A DNA stretch of 53,059 bases from IMG/VR virus record IMGVR_UViG_3300042987_002152, positions 1 to 53,059 of that record; one strand, given 5' to 3'. The notes under the pieces are model-generated. The model searched no databases and was not told where the DNA came from. It saw nothing but the letters and a program-made list of their open reading frames with translations. The position numbers and the translations under genes are program-made. This document shows, piece after piece, positions 9,530 to 19,351 of the stretch. Origin of the DNA: a virus (Duplodnaviria; Caudoviricetes). How positions within the stretch are numbered: the first letter of the stretch is position 1; every line of letters begins with the position of its first letter.

Positions 9530-12500
9530 ATGGCCAACCTAGGAAAATTAAGCACACAACTGCCTAAAGCCTACAACATGGATCCCGAAGGTCGCCGAAG
9601 CACCTGGGACAAAATTTATGCAGGCTTTGTAAGAGATACCAAAGATGGTGCCCATATGGGTAGGATCAAAGTTTACATCCCTGAACTGTGTGGTAATGAT
9701 GATGAAAAAAATTGGATAATGGTGGACTATGCCAGTGCATTTGCTGGGGCAACACCAGTCAAAGACAGTAGCAGTAATACAGGTGGAGGTCAACGCAGTT
9801 ATGGAATTTGGGCGCCTGCTGTGGACGTGGACAACCAAGTTTTGGTAGTGTTTGTCAATGGAGATCCCAATAGAGGTATATATTTTGCCAGCCTTCCTCA
9901 TTGGGGAGCACATAGACAAACTCCCAGCATACCAGGCAACAGTGTGCCTCCCAATGAAGCTAATAAAAGTGTGGGAGCACCACCAGCTGAAACTCCTGCA
10001 CAAACAACACCAGCTGTGGGTACTGCTGTTCCTGCTGAGCCTGATGCAGCGGGCGGCAACAGCCCCCTGGCGCCCACTCAACAACGCAGTGGAACTGATC
10101 AAATACCAGCATTGGGCAATCCTACCCGCAGCAGTCACAACAGTTATGAAGTTTTTGGTATGAACACGCCGGGTGGCAACAGATTTATCATGAGTGATGC
10201 TGAGGGCGAAACACAAATTAGGCTGGGTACGCGCAACAACATACAACTGGTGCTGCACAACGAAACTGGTATAGCCACACTTATGACAGGAGATGGCAAA
10301 AGTAGGGTGGAATTACACAGGGATGGCGCTGTGTACATCTATGGGGAACTGAACATCAACATACGTAGCAAACAGGATGTGAACATACATGCCAACAAAA
10401 ATGTAAACATTCAAGCAGGAAATTTAGTGCAGATCAAAAGCGACGCTAGTATGAAAATTCAAAGTGGAGATCGTATGAATTTTTACAGTTTGACCAATAT
10501 TCACATGACAAGTTTGGGCGAACATCACAGATACAGCAATGGACATATTTTTGATACCAGTAGTCAAAAAATAAATCGTAGAGCAAATTTTGGCATAAGA
10601 GATACCACTAACAGTGGAAATATTGACATATTCAGTTGGGGCAGTATTGTACAAAACAGCGCCAATGATTTTGATATCAAAGCTGTCAACAAAATCAGTT
10701 TGCAAAGCACATTGGGCAGTATGCATCTCAAAACAAAAGACACTTTGAACCTTTTGGGTGAACAGAATGTAAACATCAAAAGCTCTCTCACTTTAAATTT
10801 ACAAAGTGGTGAAAATATTAATGTGAAAAGTGGTGCACTCTTGAACATGGATGCTGCGGGTGCAGGTAATTTGCGCAGCAGTTCAACTCTAAACTTACAA
10901 AGTATCAATGCTAGACTGAACCTCAAGGGGGGCAACACTGTTGTTATAGGTCCCACAACAATCATAAACAGTGGTACTGTGCCCAATGCAGGGGCCGCAG
11001 AACAGGCAGACAACGCCCTAGACAGTGTGCCTATTGCAGAACAAGCAATTGCTGCTGTGATGGCAGATACGCCCACTACCTATAATAGAGTGGAAAACAA
11101 TCCAGACAGCAGTGGGGCCGCAGGCACAGGCGGACCTGGTGGCGCAGGAGGAGGCGGCAGTCAAAGCGTGATCAGCACTATCACCAGTGAAACACCTGGA
11201 CCTGAACCAGACACTACACGATTTATGAATAGTCCAGGCTATAGCGGTACTAATACTGTGGAAGTTGCTGAGGATGTCACACAAGGAATAAAAATTGGCC
11301 AAATTTTACCCAATCAAAGCACTCCTCTACAGACACTAGGATTTGTAGGTAATGGAGCTACCATTGGAGAAAGTGGCGTAGCACCCAACGACCTAGGATT
11401 GAATCCTCTTATATATGAGGCAGTTCAAGCAATTCAAACCACATACCCACGTGCTAGATTAAGTAGTGGTGTTCGTGCAAATGATGGCGCTAGCCAACAT
11501 AGTTTAGGGAATGCAGTTGATTTTGTATTAGATGGTTTGTCTATCACTGAGCGAAGCAGTCTTATGCAAGAAATATCTACTGGCATTAGAACTGGAAATG
11601 GTCCTTATAGATTTATTCGTGGCATAGGTACTTATGATAGCACAGGTAGAATTTTACATTTGGATTGTAGACCTCGTAATAGTGCTGGTAAAACTAATAC
11701 CATGGATGTATGGGGACCCAACTACAGCAGCAGCAGTGTGGGAGCAACCCCCAGTTGGTTTCAATCAGCAGTGGTGGGAATTACACCTGCACTACCAAAA
11801 AGTCAAACACCATCCACCCCTGGAGAACCAGCCCCTGCTAATAGTGAACCCTTGCGTTGGATAGGTACTGGATATGAAACTACTGGTCAACCCAGATACA
11901 GAACAGAACCTGTGACCAATTGGACATTCAAACCTGCCAATCAATTTCAATTGAGTGACACAGGGTTACAGGATATCAAAAATTTCGAAGGTTTGAGGGG
12001 ACCAAGACCTGGTGACCTCACTGGCAAAAGATTTGAAAACGTGTGTGGTGGGCAAGACATGATTGGCTATGCTCATGTGATCACTCCTGCAGAAGCTCAA
12101 TCAGGCACTGCTATCATAGAAGGCACAAGTGTGAGTTTGACACAAGTGTTGAGTGAAGATCTAGCATCCAAATTGCTCAAACAAGATATTCAGTCTGCTC
12201 AAGGATGGGTCAAATCAGCATGTGGTGATGTACCACTCACTCAACAACAATTTGATGCTTTGGTGGACCTAGCTTGGAATATTGGGCAGCAAAAATTCAC
12301 AAACAGCAAATTGGTACAATTGGTCAAAGACAAGAATTACAATGCAGTCACCACAGAATTTATCAAATGGTGTCAAGCCTGTGGTGTAATAAGAGCTGAT
12401 TTACAAAGCAGGAGAAAAGCCAATGCACTTAGATGGTGTGGAATTATGCGTCCTGAAACACCTGTGCCTGTGAGTTCAATTGCCGCAGATGGTGATGTAA

Positions 12501-12937
12501 GTCCTGTCGCTGGAAGTGGCAGTGCAGCCGAAGCCATGGCATGGTTCCAAAGTGCTGCAGGGGGTGGCTACAGCAAAGCACAAGCAGCGGGCATTGTGAG
12601 CAACCTGATTGTGGAAAGTGGTCTGAGGCCAGGAGCAAAAAATCCCAGCAGTAGTGCCAGCGGTATTGCTCAATGGACCAATACTGGTGGTAGAAAACAA
12701 AGAGTTGAACAGTTTTTAAACGTGCGGGATGTGAGAGAAGCAAGCTTTCAAGAACAGTTGAGAGCCATCACTTGGGAAATGAATGGGGCAGAAGCTAGAG
12801 CAGGTCGTCAGCTGCGTACAGCCATGGATGCAACCAGCGCCGCTGAAATTGTCTACAAATATTATGAAAGAGCAGGACCCAGCGACACCAGCGGACCCAA
12901 GAGAGTGGCCACAGCCCAACAGTTGTTCACCCGCTAG
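9530..12937 (+). CDS. baseplate spike gp5-like with M15-type peptidase, GH24 lysozyme and phage-tail-lysozyme domains
   Basis: OB-fold (GRIKVYIP, VLVVFVNGDPN); beta-helix repeats; HSLGNAVD/HLD; FEG...IGYAH...QQFDALVDLAWNIG; GIVSNLIVES...GIAQW. Confidence 0.85.
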   Translation: MANLGKLSTQLPKAYNMDPEGRRSTWDKIYAGFVRDTKDGAHMGRIKVYIPELCGNDDEKNWIMVDYASAFAGATPVKDSSSNTGGGQRSYGIWAPAVDVDNQVLVVFVNGDPNRGIYFASLPHWGAHRQTPSIPGNSVPPNEANKSVGAPPAETPAQTTPAVGTAVPAEPDAAGGNSPLAPTQQRSGTDQIPALGNPTRSSHNSYEVFGMNTPGGNRFIMSDAEGETQIRLGTRNNIQLVLHNETGIATLMTGDGKSRVELHRDGAVYIYGELNINIRSKQDVNIHANKNVNIQAGNLVQIKSDASMKIQSGDRMNFYSLTNIHMTSLGEHHRYSNGHIFDTSSQKINRRANFGIRDTTNSGNIDIFSWGSIVQNSANDFDIKAVNKISLQSTLGSMHLKTKDTLNLLGEQNVNIKSSLTLNLQSGENINVKSGALLNMDAAGAGNLRSSSTLNLQSINARLNLKGGNTVVIGPTTIINSGTVPNAGAAEQADNALDSVPIAEQAIAAVMADTPTTYNRVENNPDSSGAAGTGGPGGAGGGGSQSVISTITSETPGPEPDTTRFMNSPGYSGTNTVEVAEDVTQGIKIGQILPNQSTPLQTLGFVGNGATIGESGVAPNDLGLNPLIYEAVQAIQTTYPRARLSSGVRANDGASQHSLGNAVDFVLDGLSITERSSLMQEISTGIRTGNGPYRFIRGIGTYDSTGRILHLDCRPRNSAGKTNTMDVWGPNYSSSSVGATPSWFQSAVVGITPALPKSQTPSTPGEPAPANSEPLRWIGTGYETTGQPRYRTEPVTNWTFKPANQFQLSDTGLQDIKNFEGLRGPRPGDLTGKRFENVCGGQDMIGYAHVITPAEAQSGTAIIEGTSVSLTQVLSEDLASKLLKQDIQSAQGWVKSACGDVPLTQQQFDALVDLAWNIGQQKFTNSKLVQLVKDKNYNAVTTEFIKWCQACGVIRADLQSRRKANALRWCGIMRPETPVPVSSIAADGDVSPVAGSGSAAEAMAWFQSAAGGGYSKAQAAGIVSNLIVESGLRPGAKNPSSSASGIAQWTNTGGRKQRVEQFLNVRDVREASFQEQLRAITWEMNGAEARAGRQLRTAMDATSAAEIVYKYYERAGPSDTSGPKRVATAQQLFTR

Positions 12938-14174
12938 GTGGCACAGGATTGAAGGTGAGAATAGAAATATCGCTGGGTATGATGTTTTGCACATTGGCAG
13001 CCAATCCCAATATGGGTGTGGCTGCCAATCTCACAAAACTGCAAAAAGTGAAAGGTATATATTGCAAAAGTTCTTGAATTCCAGCCAAAAGTTTTTGTAT
13101 TGCGTTAAAGAATGGCTTGACCAATTGCATCCATAACTCGAAAATCAAGGTGGGTATACGGTTGAACAAATCTTGTACAGCTTGTGTGACCCTACTGAAA
13201 TCAATTTCAGGCAGTGTTAGGTTCCAATTGAATCCAGTCAGTTTAAGAATATCACCTATTTTCCAGGGGAACGGCCAAGGTATGCGACTGAGAATAGCGC
13301 CAAAAGAGGCTTGCAACAAATCCTTGAGATTGAAATTCAACAATGCATCCATGGCTCTCTGCATGCGTTCATATACACTCAAGCCCAAATTTTGCAAGCC
13401 TGTCCAGATTGCACCAAAAATTTGATCAAAACTGGGCACAGTGAATGTGGGCAACAGAGGGAATCCCAACAATTTCCATATTTGCTCAATGGGTTTGGTA
13501 AGCTTGGTGATAAAATTCAATGCAGTCCAGATAATATTGCTGAGCATTTTTTGTATTTCACTGAAAATGCGATTTATGATGTTGATCACATCAAAATCTG
13601 GCATGTTGAGTGTGAGGTCTCCATCAAATTCCAAGTTCCACGGCATACCTAGTGCCTGTTTGATAGTATCAATTCTAGCTCTTACTGCGCCAAAAATTCT
13701 AGCTCTACCTTCAGCAGTGAATACATCAGTAAGGTATACTCCACTGAGAAATGGTATGGGCACCTTGAGTAGATTGAAGATAAAACTCAATCCAGGAATT
13801 TTGCTGAGGATATCAATCAATTTTTGATGTAGATATAATTTGAACTCATTCCACAACGCTCGCAATCTTATATCAAATTCGTATTCAGGCAGTTGTATTG
13901 TGGAGAATAATGGGTCAGGCAAACTGAAATTCAATGCACCCATTATTCTTCTCAATGTAGCCAACAAGCTGTCAATAGAGGCACTGATTTTCTGTTGCAA
14001 TTCCTCAGCAACACAATCCACAATTCCTCCCAATTGTGCAGGAATACTTCCCAATGCCCTACCAAAATCTGTAAGGTTGCCCAAATTGCCCATTATGTCA
14101 TCAGTGCATTGAAACGTAGGCAAATTGACAGTCAAACTCGTATTTGCACATCTTGTGAATATTGAACCACTCAT
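12927..14174 (-). CDS. hydrophobic Leu/Ile/Pro/Trp-rich hypothetical late protein
   Basis: 415-aa ORF; TAAATA at 14185-14180, 5 nt before the ATG. Confidence 0.7.
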   Translation of the reverse strand: MSGSIFTRCANTSLTVNLPTFQCTDDIMGNLGNLTDFGRALGSIPAQLGGIVDCVAEELQQKISASIDSLLATLRRIMGALNFSLPDPLFSTIQLPEYEFDIRLRALWNEFKLYLHQKLIDILSKIPGLSFIFNLLKVPIPFLSGVYLTDVFTAEGRARIFGAVRARIDTIKQALGMPWNLEFDGDLTLNMPDFDVINIINRIFSEIQKMLSNIIWTALNFITKLTKPIEQIWKLLGFPLLPTFTVPSFDQIFGAIWTGLQNLGLSVYERMQRAMDALLNFNLKDLLQASFGAILSRIPWPFPWKIGDILKLTGFNWNLTLPEIDFSRVTQAVQDLFNRIPTLIFELWMQLVKPFFNAIQKLLAGIQELLQYIPFTFCSFVRLAATPILGLAANVQNIIPSDISILTFNPVPPSG

Positions 14175-14192
14175 GCAGATATTTAAGTGAGA

Positions 14193-14909
14193 TCAAAAAC
14201 GCCAATCAAATTTTTTGATCCACAAGTTCCTATTTGACTGGTTCAAACTCAAGAATTCTCGTTCTATGTGCCACATGCGGTTCATGAATGGTTGACTGAT
14301 TTCTGGATACCACCAACATCCATGTTTGTTGCGACTCCAAGGATATCGTCCCCGCATCCTAAAATGGTCCAAATAGTGGATGATCAACCATCTCAAGTTG
14401 ATGCCGTCCTCCACACTGGGATTATTCCTGTCCCAAAAATCCGTCTGCAACCACTGCCTTATCTTGAGGCGCACAGGCAAGGGCACAAGTCCCAATGTGA
14501 CGTTGACCACATTGCTACACCAAACCTTGCTGCTGGGATAGTGACTGGGATCAAATGGACATTGATATGTGTCTCGCCTAGCTGGTACAAGATGATCTCT
14601 GGTGCCCAGCCAGGGCAATATCCTGGCGTCATGGTTCCAGCCGTCAGGCTTGTTGTGAGGAAAGGCTGTCAAAAGAGTGCCTGTGAAAAAACACCGCATG
14701 TCCAGGTGCAAATCTATCCTGGACTCCACTTGTGTTTGTATGCGCCTGCTGGTATTTGTGCTGTTGATATAACTGGGCAGATCACAAACAAATGGGTCAC
14801 TTGGGACGATATTGGGTTTGTGAACCACTCCAAACACTTGGTTGTCCAGACGCTCATGACGCTCAGCCTTGTGTTGACGATGTGCTTGCCTAGTTTTGTT
14901 AGCCCCCAT
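14193..14909 (-). CDS. hypothetical protein, HNH-like
   Basis: CFFTG...TRDHLVP...WCSNVVN pattern. Confidence 0.5.
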   Translation of the reverse strand: MGANKTRQAHRQHKAERHERLDNQVFGVVHKPNIVPSDPFVCDLPSYINSTNTSRRIQTQVESRIDLHLDMRCFFTGTLLTAFPHNKPDGWNHDARILPWLGTRDHLVPARRDTYQCPFDPSHYPSSKVWCSNVVNVTLGLVPLPVRLKIRQWLQTDFWDRNNPSVEDGINLRWLIIHYLDHFRMRGRYPWSRNKHGCWWYPEISQPFMNRMWHIEREFLSLNQSNRNLWIKKFDWRF

Positions 14910-14911
14910 GA

Positions 14912-15163
14912 CTACACATCTTGTTGCCTGGTCATGGCAAAAATATCACGATCAGATTGGTCCAAAAAGGCAAACTCATAGGGCTTGGGCCAGTAAATAT
15001 AATTGCCAGTTTGGAAATCCCATGATTGGGGATAAGAGCCACAGCAGTAGGACAACCAATTGAATACCTGGCGAGAGTGGTATGGGTCTACCAAGGTGAC
15101 CTTAAACCGGTAGGGTGGGATATTGTGTAGATGCGGACACAAGAGTTGGCTGGACCATGGCAC
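14912..15163 (-). CDS. small hypothetical protein (F-x-F...F family)
   Basis: Tightly packed in the operon; C-terminal FAFLDQSDRDIF resembles ORFs at 48343 and 49068. Confidence 0.6.
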   Translation of the reverse strand: MPWSSQLLCPHLHNIPPYRFKVTLVDPYHSRQVFNWLSYCCGSYPQSWDFQTGNYIYWPKPYEFAFLDQSDRDIFAMTRQQDV

Positions 15164-15167
15164 TTGA

Positions 15168-16760
15168 TCACAGGCCCAGGTTCATGGTGCGCAGCTCATC
15201 ATTGGTGCCACCGTCAATAACGTTGTTGGCAACTTCAGCCTTGGCTACAATAAGATCTGCAATCTCTTCCTCCACAGTCCCCTCCGCAACAAGAGAGTAG
15301 ACAGTCACATTGTCCTGCTGGCCAATGCGATGCACGCGGTCCGCAGCCTGTACCAGGTCACCTGGCGTCCACGGGAGTTGGCAGAAAGCACAAGCGTTGG
15401 CCGCCGTGAGCGTGAGTCCAAAGCCAGCGCTGGCAATGTTGAGCACAATCACCCGCACGCTGGAGTCATTCTGGAAATCATCAGCAGCCTGGGCACGCTG
15501 TTCCAGACCCACGCCACCGCGGATCATACGCACACCCACGCCAGCAGCAGCCACACGCTGGTGGATCTCGTCCACCATGCGTTGATGATGTGCAAACACC
15601 ACCAGCTTCTTGCCCTCTTCCACAAAATCCAGGATCCATTCCACCGCGCTATCCAGCTTGGCGTAGGCAGCAATCTCGCGGCACTTGTTAATGGCCACGA
15701 TGGCCTCATCACTCTTGGCGGGGTTGCCACCATGGCGGATCAGGGTCTCCATGCCCTGCTTCCAGTTGCCAGTGCCTTCAAAAGCACCAGCCACACTGTC
15801 ATATTCCGCACGGTCAAATTCCAGGGGCACCGTCACAAAGGTCTTGGGCGGCAGTTCACTGAGCACGTCCTGCTTGCGGCGGCGGATCATGACAGTGTCA
15901 GTGAGCACCTTGTTGAGCTCAGCTTCGTTGCTGCTGCCGGAGAAGTCCCAGCCAAAGCGGGTCTTGTGACCATCACAGTAGCGAGTGGCAAACTTGAGGA
16001 AACTGCTGAACTGCGGCATCCAACCAGCAAGGGTGCTCACCGTGCTCCACAGTTCAACCGGCCTGTTAACCATGGGCGTGCCAGACATCATGGTCACGCC
16101 ATCCACGCCCTTGTGCACTACCTTGAACACGCCTTTCTTGCCCTTGACGGGCTCCTTGCCTGTGACCAGGCGCAGGATAGCATGCGTGCGCTTGGCCTGC
16201 GGATTCTTGATCTTGTGGCTCTCGTCCACTGCCACGTAATCGTAACCCACGCCTTCCAGGGCTTCCAGGTTACGAGCCACGATATCATAGTTGATCAGCG
16301 TAACATCAAAGCCCTTCTTGGGCGTCTTGCTGAAGGTCACATGCGGATACTGCTTCTTGAGCTGCTGGGCACGGGTCTTGGTGGGCACAAAGCCCACAAT
16401 CAACACGCTGAGCTGAGTGCCCAGCATCTTGCTGATCTCGTTGCGCCAGTTGAGCATGAGCGTCTTGGGCATGATCACCAGCATGGGCAGGCGATGATTC
16501 TTGAAAGCGTAGGCCATCACCTGTGCTGTTTTTCCGGTGCCTGGTTCATCGCCAATAAGCGCATTGCCGCCCCACTTTTCCAGGTGCGCCACACCCTCAG
16601 CCTGATAGGGCTTGAGAGTGAAAGCAAAATTGTTGATCTTGGTGCTCTTGGGCAGAGTGTGCCAATAGCTGGAAACGCTCTCATGGAGATCAATGCCCAT
16701 GCTGTAGGCCAGCTTGGTAGCTTCGCGCACTCGAGCAGGGGTAGCAGCAAATTCCAGCAT
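15168..16760 (-). CDS. SNF2/SMARCAL1-like helicase
   Basis: DEPGTGKT, DESH, SGTP and QAADRVHRIGQ motifs; GAGGAG RBS before MLEF at 16760. Confidence 0.92.
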   Translation of the reverse strand: MLEFAATPARVREATKLAYSMGIDLHESVSSYWHTLPKSTKINNFAFTLKPYQAEGVAHLEKWGGNALIGDEPGTGKTAQVMAYAFKNHRLPMLVIMPKTLMLNWRNEISKMLGTQLSVLIVGFVPTKTRAQQLKKQYPHVTFSKTPKKGFDVTLINYDIVARNLEALEGVGYDYVAVDESHKIKNPQAKRTHAILRLVTGKEPVKGKKGVFKVVHKGVDGVTMMSGTPMVNRPVELWSTVSTLAGWMPQFSSFLKFATRYCDGHKTRFGWDFSGSSNEAELNKVLTDTVMIRRRKQDVLSELPPKTFVTVPLEFDRAEYDSVAGAFEGTGNWKQGMETLIRHGGNPAKSDEAIVAINKCREIAAYAKLDSAVEWILDFVEEGKKLVVFAHHQRMVDEIHQRVAAAGVGVRMIRGGVGLEQRAQAADDFQNDSSVRVIVLNIASAGFGLTLTAANACAFCQLPWTPGDLVQAADRVHRIGQQDNVTVYSLVAEGTVEEEIADLIVAKAEVANNVIDGGTNDELRTMNLGL

Positions 16761-16785
16761 AACTATCTCCTCGTTTCGTGAGCCC

Positions 16786-16813
16786 AATATAGCATGATCT
16801 CAGGTGTTGTCAA
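16786..16813 (-). promoter_or_regulatory. sigma70-type early promoter
   Basis: TTGACA-N16-TATATT, with TGC immediately before the -10. Confidence 0.65.
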
Positions 16814-16844
16814 CCAAAAAAAGGTGTGGCAAAAATGCCACACT

Positions 16845-17576
16845 TTACAGGTTGCGCAAGGCAGCTTCAAACTGAGCCAGCACCTGCGGATCAGCGTGGG
16901 CAATCACCAGCTTGCCAGCTTGGATATCCACACCCATGGGCTGGCCCAGGACCTCAGCAACCTTGCTGCTCTCCGCAGCCTCGCTCACGCCCGCCAGCTT
17001 GTTGAGCACACGGCCATGGAACACCACAAAGCGTTCCTCAATGTCAAATTCCCAAGCCAGAGCCACGTTCATGATCAGCACAATGCTGCTCTCATTCACT
17101 GGCACAGTCCAACACTTGCGATCAGCATCCCAGCTGGCCCAGAATTTCTTGCCCTTGTGCTCTCCACGGATGCCCTTGATAGCATTGACCAATTCACGGT
17201 CAAAGCTGAAAGTGAACACAGCCACCTGATCTTCGCTCACCAGCTTACGGTCAGCATGGGCAGGCTTGCCTGCAAGCGGAGCAGGAGTGCCCAAGGGCTG
17301 CTGAGCAAACGTGGGCTGGCGCAGCCACTCCTTGATGAAGGCTTCGCCCCCAATCTGGCGCCGATACTTGTTGATGAGCTTGAGGGCAGCTTGCGCCTGA
17401 TTTTCAGTCCAGGCACGGTTACCTTTGGCTCGCTCTGCAAGGCTGTGGCCAAAATTGGTGTCCATCTTGCTGAAGCCAGCGCCGTCCCAGGTGCTGGCAC
17501 CGTTGCACATGCCTGCCAATGACTGGATCATGCGTTCGGCAGTCAAACCCTGGGGGTTTACGATCCAATTGTCCAC
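16845..17576 (-). CDS. HARP-like domain protein
   Basis: FSFDRELVNAIKGI...WDADRKCWTVP resembles a HARP domain; GTG start after GAGGAG. Confidence 0.6.
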   Translation of the reverse strand: MDNWIVNPQGLTAERMIQSLAGMCNGASTWDGAGFSKMDTNFGHSLAERAKGNRAWTENQAQAALKLINKYRRQIGGEAFIKEWLRQPTFAQQPLGTPAPLAGKPAHADRKLVSEDQVAVFTFSFDRELVNAIKGIRGEHKGKKFWASWDADRKCWTVPVNESSIVLIMNVALAWEFDIEERFVVFHGRVLNKLAGVSEAAESSKVAEVLGQPMGVDIQAGKLVIAHADPQVLAQFEAALRNL

Positions 17577-17601
17577 GCAACTCTCCTCGTCTTCTGAGCC
17601 C

Positions 17602-17629
17602 AATATAGCACAATCAGGAGGCAAGTCAA
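17602..17629 (-). promoter_or_regulatory. sigma70-type early promoter
   Basis: TTGACT-N16-TATATT; downstream TGCTATATTGGGCTCA...ACGAGGAGA is shared with the 16786 promoter. Confidence 0.65.
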
Positions 17630-17632
17630 CCA

Positions 17633-17806
17633 TTATTTTCCAAAATTTTTCAGAGCAATTTCAAGGCGTTCTGCCTCCTTGAGGGCAGCGTTGATGCTCG
17701 TATAGGTCTTGCCCTTGAACTTGACACGGCCACGCAGGAAATTGATATCCAAGGCCCAACCATGGCGCAGGCAGAGATCAATCAACATATCTTCGTTGGT
17801 CATCAT
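17633..17806 (-). CDS. small hypothetical protein, 57 aa (not in ORF track)
   Basis: MMTNEDMLIDLCLRHGWALD...LKNFGK*; GAGGTG RBS and upstream TTGACA. Confidence 0.6.
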   Translation of the reverse strand: MMTNEDMLIDLCLRHGWALDINFLRGRVKFKGKTYTSINAALKEAERLEIALKNFGK

Positions 17807-17893
17807 CACCTCTTGTTCACGGTCCTATGATAACTTATGCCATCCTGATGTCAAGCCAATTTGGCTACTGCTGGTGGTAGTTCACACATGAGG

Positions 17894-18817
17894 CTAGAGC
17901 TGCCCAGGCGGAAAACTATTCCAACAAGGACGCCCCCTGCCAAACAAACTGTAAAATATGGCTTGTCGAATCAACAGGCCATTGCCAATTTGTTCAAAAT
18001 ATTTGGCACGATGATCGGTATCCAAACTCACAGGCAGCTCATTCACTCGAGGCAATGGATGCATGAGAATCATATTTGATGATGCCCGTTGCATGAGTTC
18101 TGGGGTGATGGAATAGTTGTGTATGCTGTCCAACAACTGTGGGTCATTTATTCTTTCTTTTTGTACACGCGTCATATACACCACATCTACCTCACCAATA
18201 CAGTCACTCAAATTTGTGAAACATTGGTCTTGGCTGATCATTAGATCGGAAGGCATTTCAAATCCTGGTGGACTGACTAGGTAGATTTGAGCTTTATACA
18301 ATCTTAACAATTTGACCAGGCTATGAACAGTACGACCATGATGGAGATCACCCACTAATGCCACTTTTAATGGTTTGTGTAATTTTTTGTGTTTGTAAAT
18401 TGTATATAAATCCAACAAGGCTTGAGTAGGATGTTCACCCACTCCATCTCCACCATTAATAATAGGCACTCGGCTCACAGCAGCCGCACGTTCTGCACTG
18501 CCCTTTTCTGGATGTCGCAAAACGATCACATCACTGTATTGTGCCATGACTTGAATTGTGTCTTCCAAAGTCTCACCCTTGCTAACACTGCTGAAACTCA
18601 CATCATTGATGGGGATTACACTACCGCCCAATTTACTCATAGCACTAAAAAATGAACTGCTGGTTCTAGTGCTGGGTTCATAAAATAAATTTGTACACAC
18701 TGTGGTTCTATCAATTTGATAATTTGATAGACCATCATTAGAGATTCTATCAGCTAATGAGAACAATTGTCTGATAGATTCTTTATCAAACTGATCCACG
18801 CTAATCAAATGTGACAT
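17894..18817 (-). CDS. pyrB: aspartate carbamoyltransferase catalytic subunit
   Basis: FYEPSTRT, HPTQALLD, RVQKER and HPLP motifs; start MSHLISV coupled to the upstream stop. Confidence 0.95.
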   Translation of the reverse strand: MSHLISVDQFDKESIRQLFSLADRISNDGLSNYQIDRTTVCTNLFYEPSTRTSSSFFSAMSKLGGSVIPINDVSFSSVSKGETLEDTIQVMAQYSDVIVLRHPEKGSAERAAAVSRVPIINGGDGVGEHPTQALLDLYTIYKHKKLHKPLKVALVGDLHHGRTVHSLVKLLRLYKAQIYLVSPPGFEMPSDLMISQDQCFTNLSDCIGEVDVVYMTRVQKERINDPQLLDSIHNYSITPELMQRASSNMILMHPLPRVNELPVSLDTDHRAKYFEQIGNGLLIRQAIFYSLFGRGRPCWNSFPPGQL

Positions 18818-19269
18818 TAGTCTTCCTTTTCCCATGGAAATACTATCCAACTGGGATCCACCTGTTTGTTAATATTCATCCCAAAAAAATCCACAGTTGT
18901 TGTACTGCCTTGATTGTTGACAAGAGTGGCAATTTTCACATTCTGTTTGTGTGTAATCGTTTTCATTATAGTATGTATAGTAGCACCACTATCATTGATA
19001 TCATCCACAATCAACACAGGATAACCAATTATAGCCCAATTGTTGATCTTGTGTACGTTAGCATCATTATGCGTGTTGTGATCTCGCAAACTAATGTTGA
19101 TGGAATCCATTTGGCAATCAAAATAATGACTGAGTATGACTGCTGGAATGAGACCACCTCTAGTAACGCCCACAATCATGTGAGGCTTCCACTGGATTTG
19201 AGTCATTTGATCAATAATTGTTTGCACGTGATCATACACATGATGCCATGTGAGGAAAATTTTGTTCAT
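18817..19269 (-). CDS. type I phosphoribosyltransferase (gpt/hpt-like)
   Basis: VGVTRGGLIPA, VLIVDDINDSGAT and WIVFPWE. Confidence 0.9.
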   Translation of the reverse strand: MNKIFLTWHHVYDHVQTIIDQMTQIQWKPHMIVGVTRGGLIPAVILSHYFDCQMDSINISLRDHNTHNDANVHKINNWAIIGYPVLIVDDINDSGATIHTIMKTITHKQNVKIATLVNNQGSTTTVDFFGMNINKQVDPSWIVFPWEKED

Positions 19270-19320
19270 ATTTCAAGCATGAACTATATCTAGAGCTGTG
19301 TCAACATTGTGTATTCTTTT

Positions 19321-19351
19321 TCGTGAACTATCACGGCGTGATAGTTCACGA
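19321..19351. repeat. 31-bp near-perfect palindrome
   Basis: tcgtgaactatcacg-g-cgtgatagttcacga; 15-bp perfect arms. Confidence 0.95.

Noticed and set aside
14268-14981. 237-aa plus-strand ORF
   Set aside because: Antisense to the tightly packed minus-strand operon.
15330-16781. 483-aa plus-strand ORF
   Set aside because: Antisense shadow of the GC-rich SNF2 gene; no motifs.
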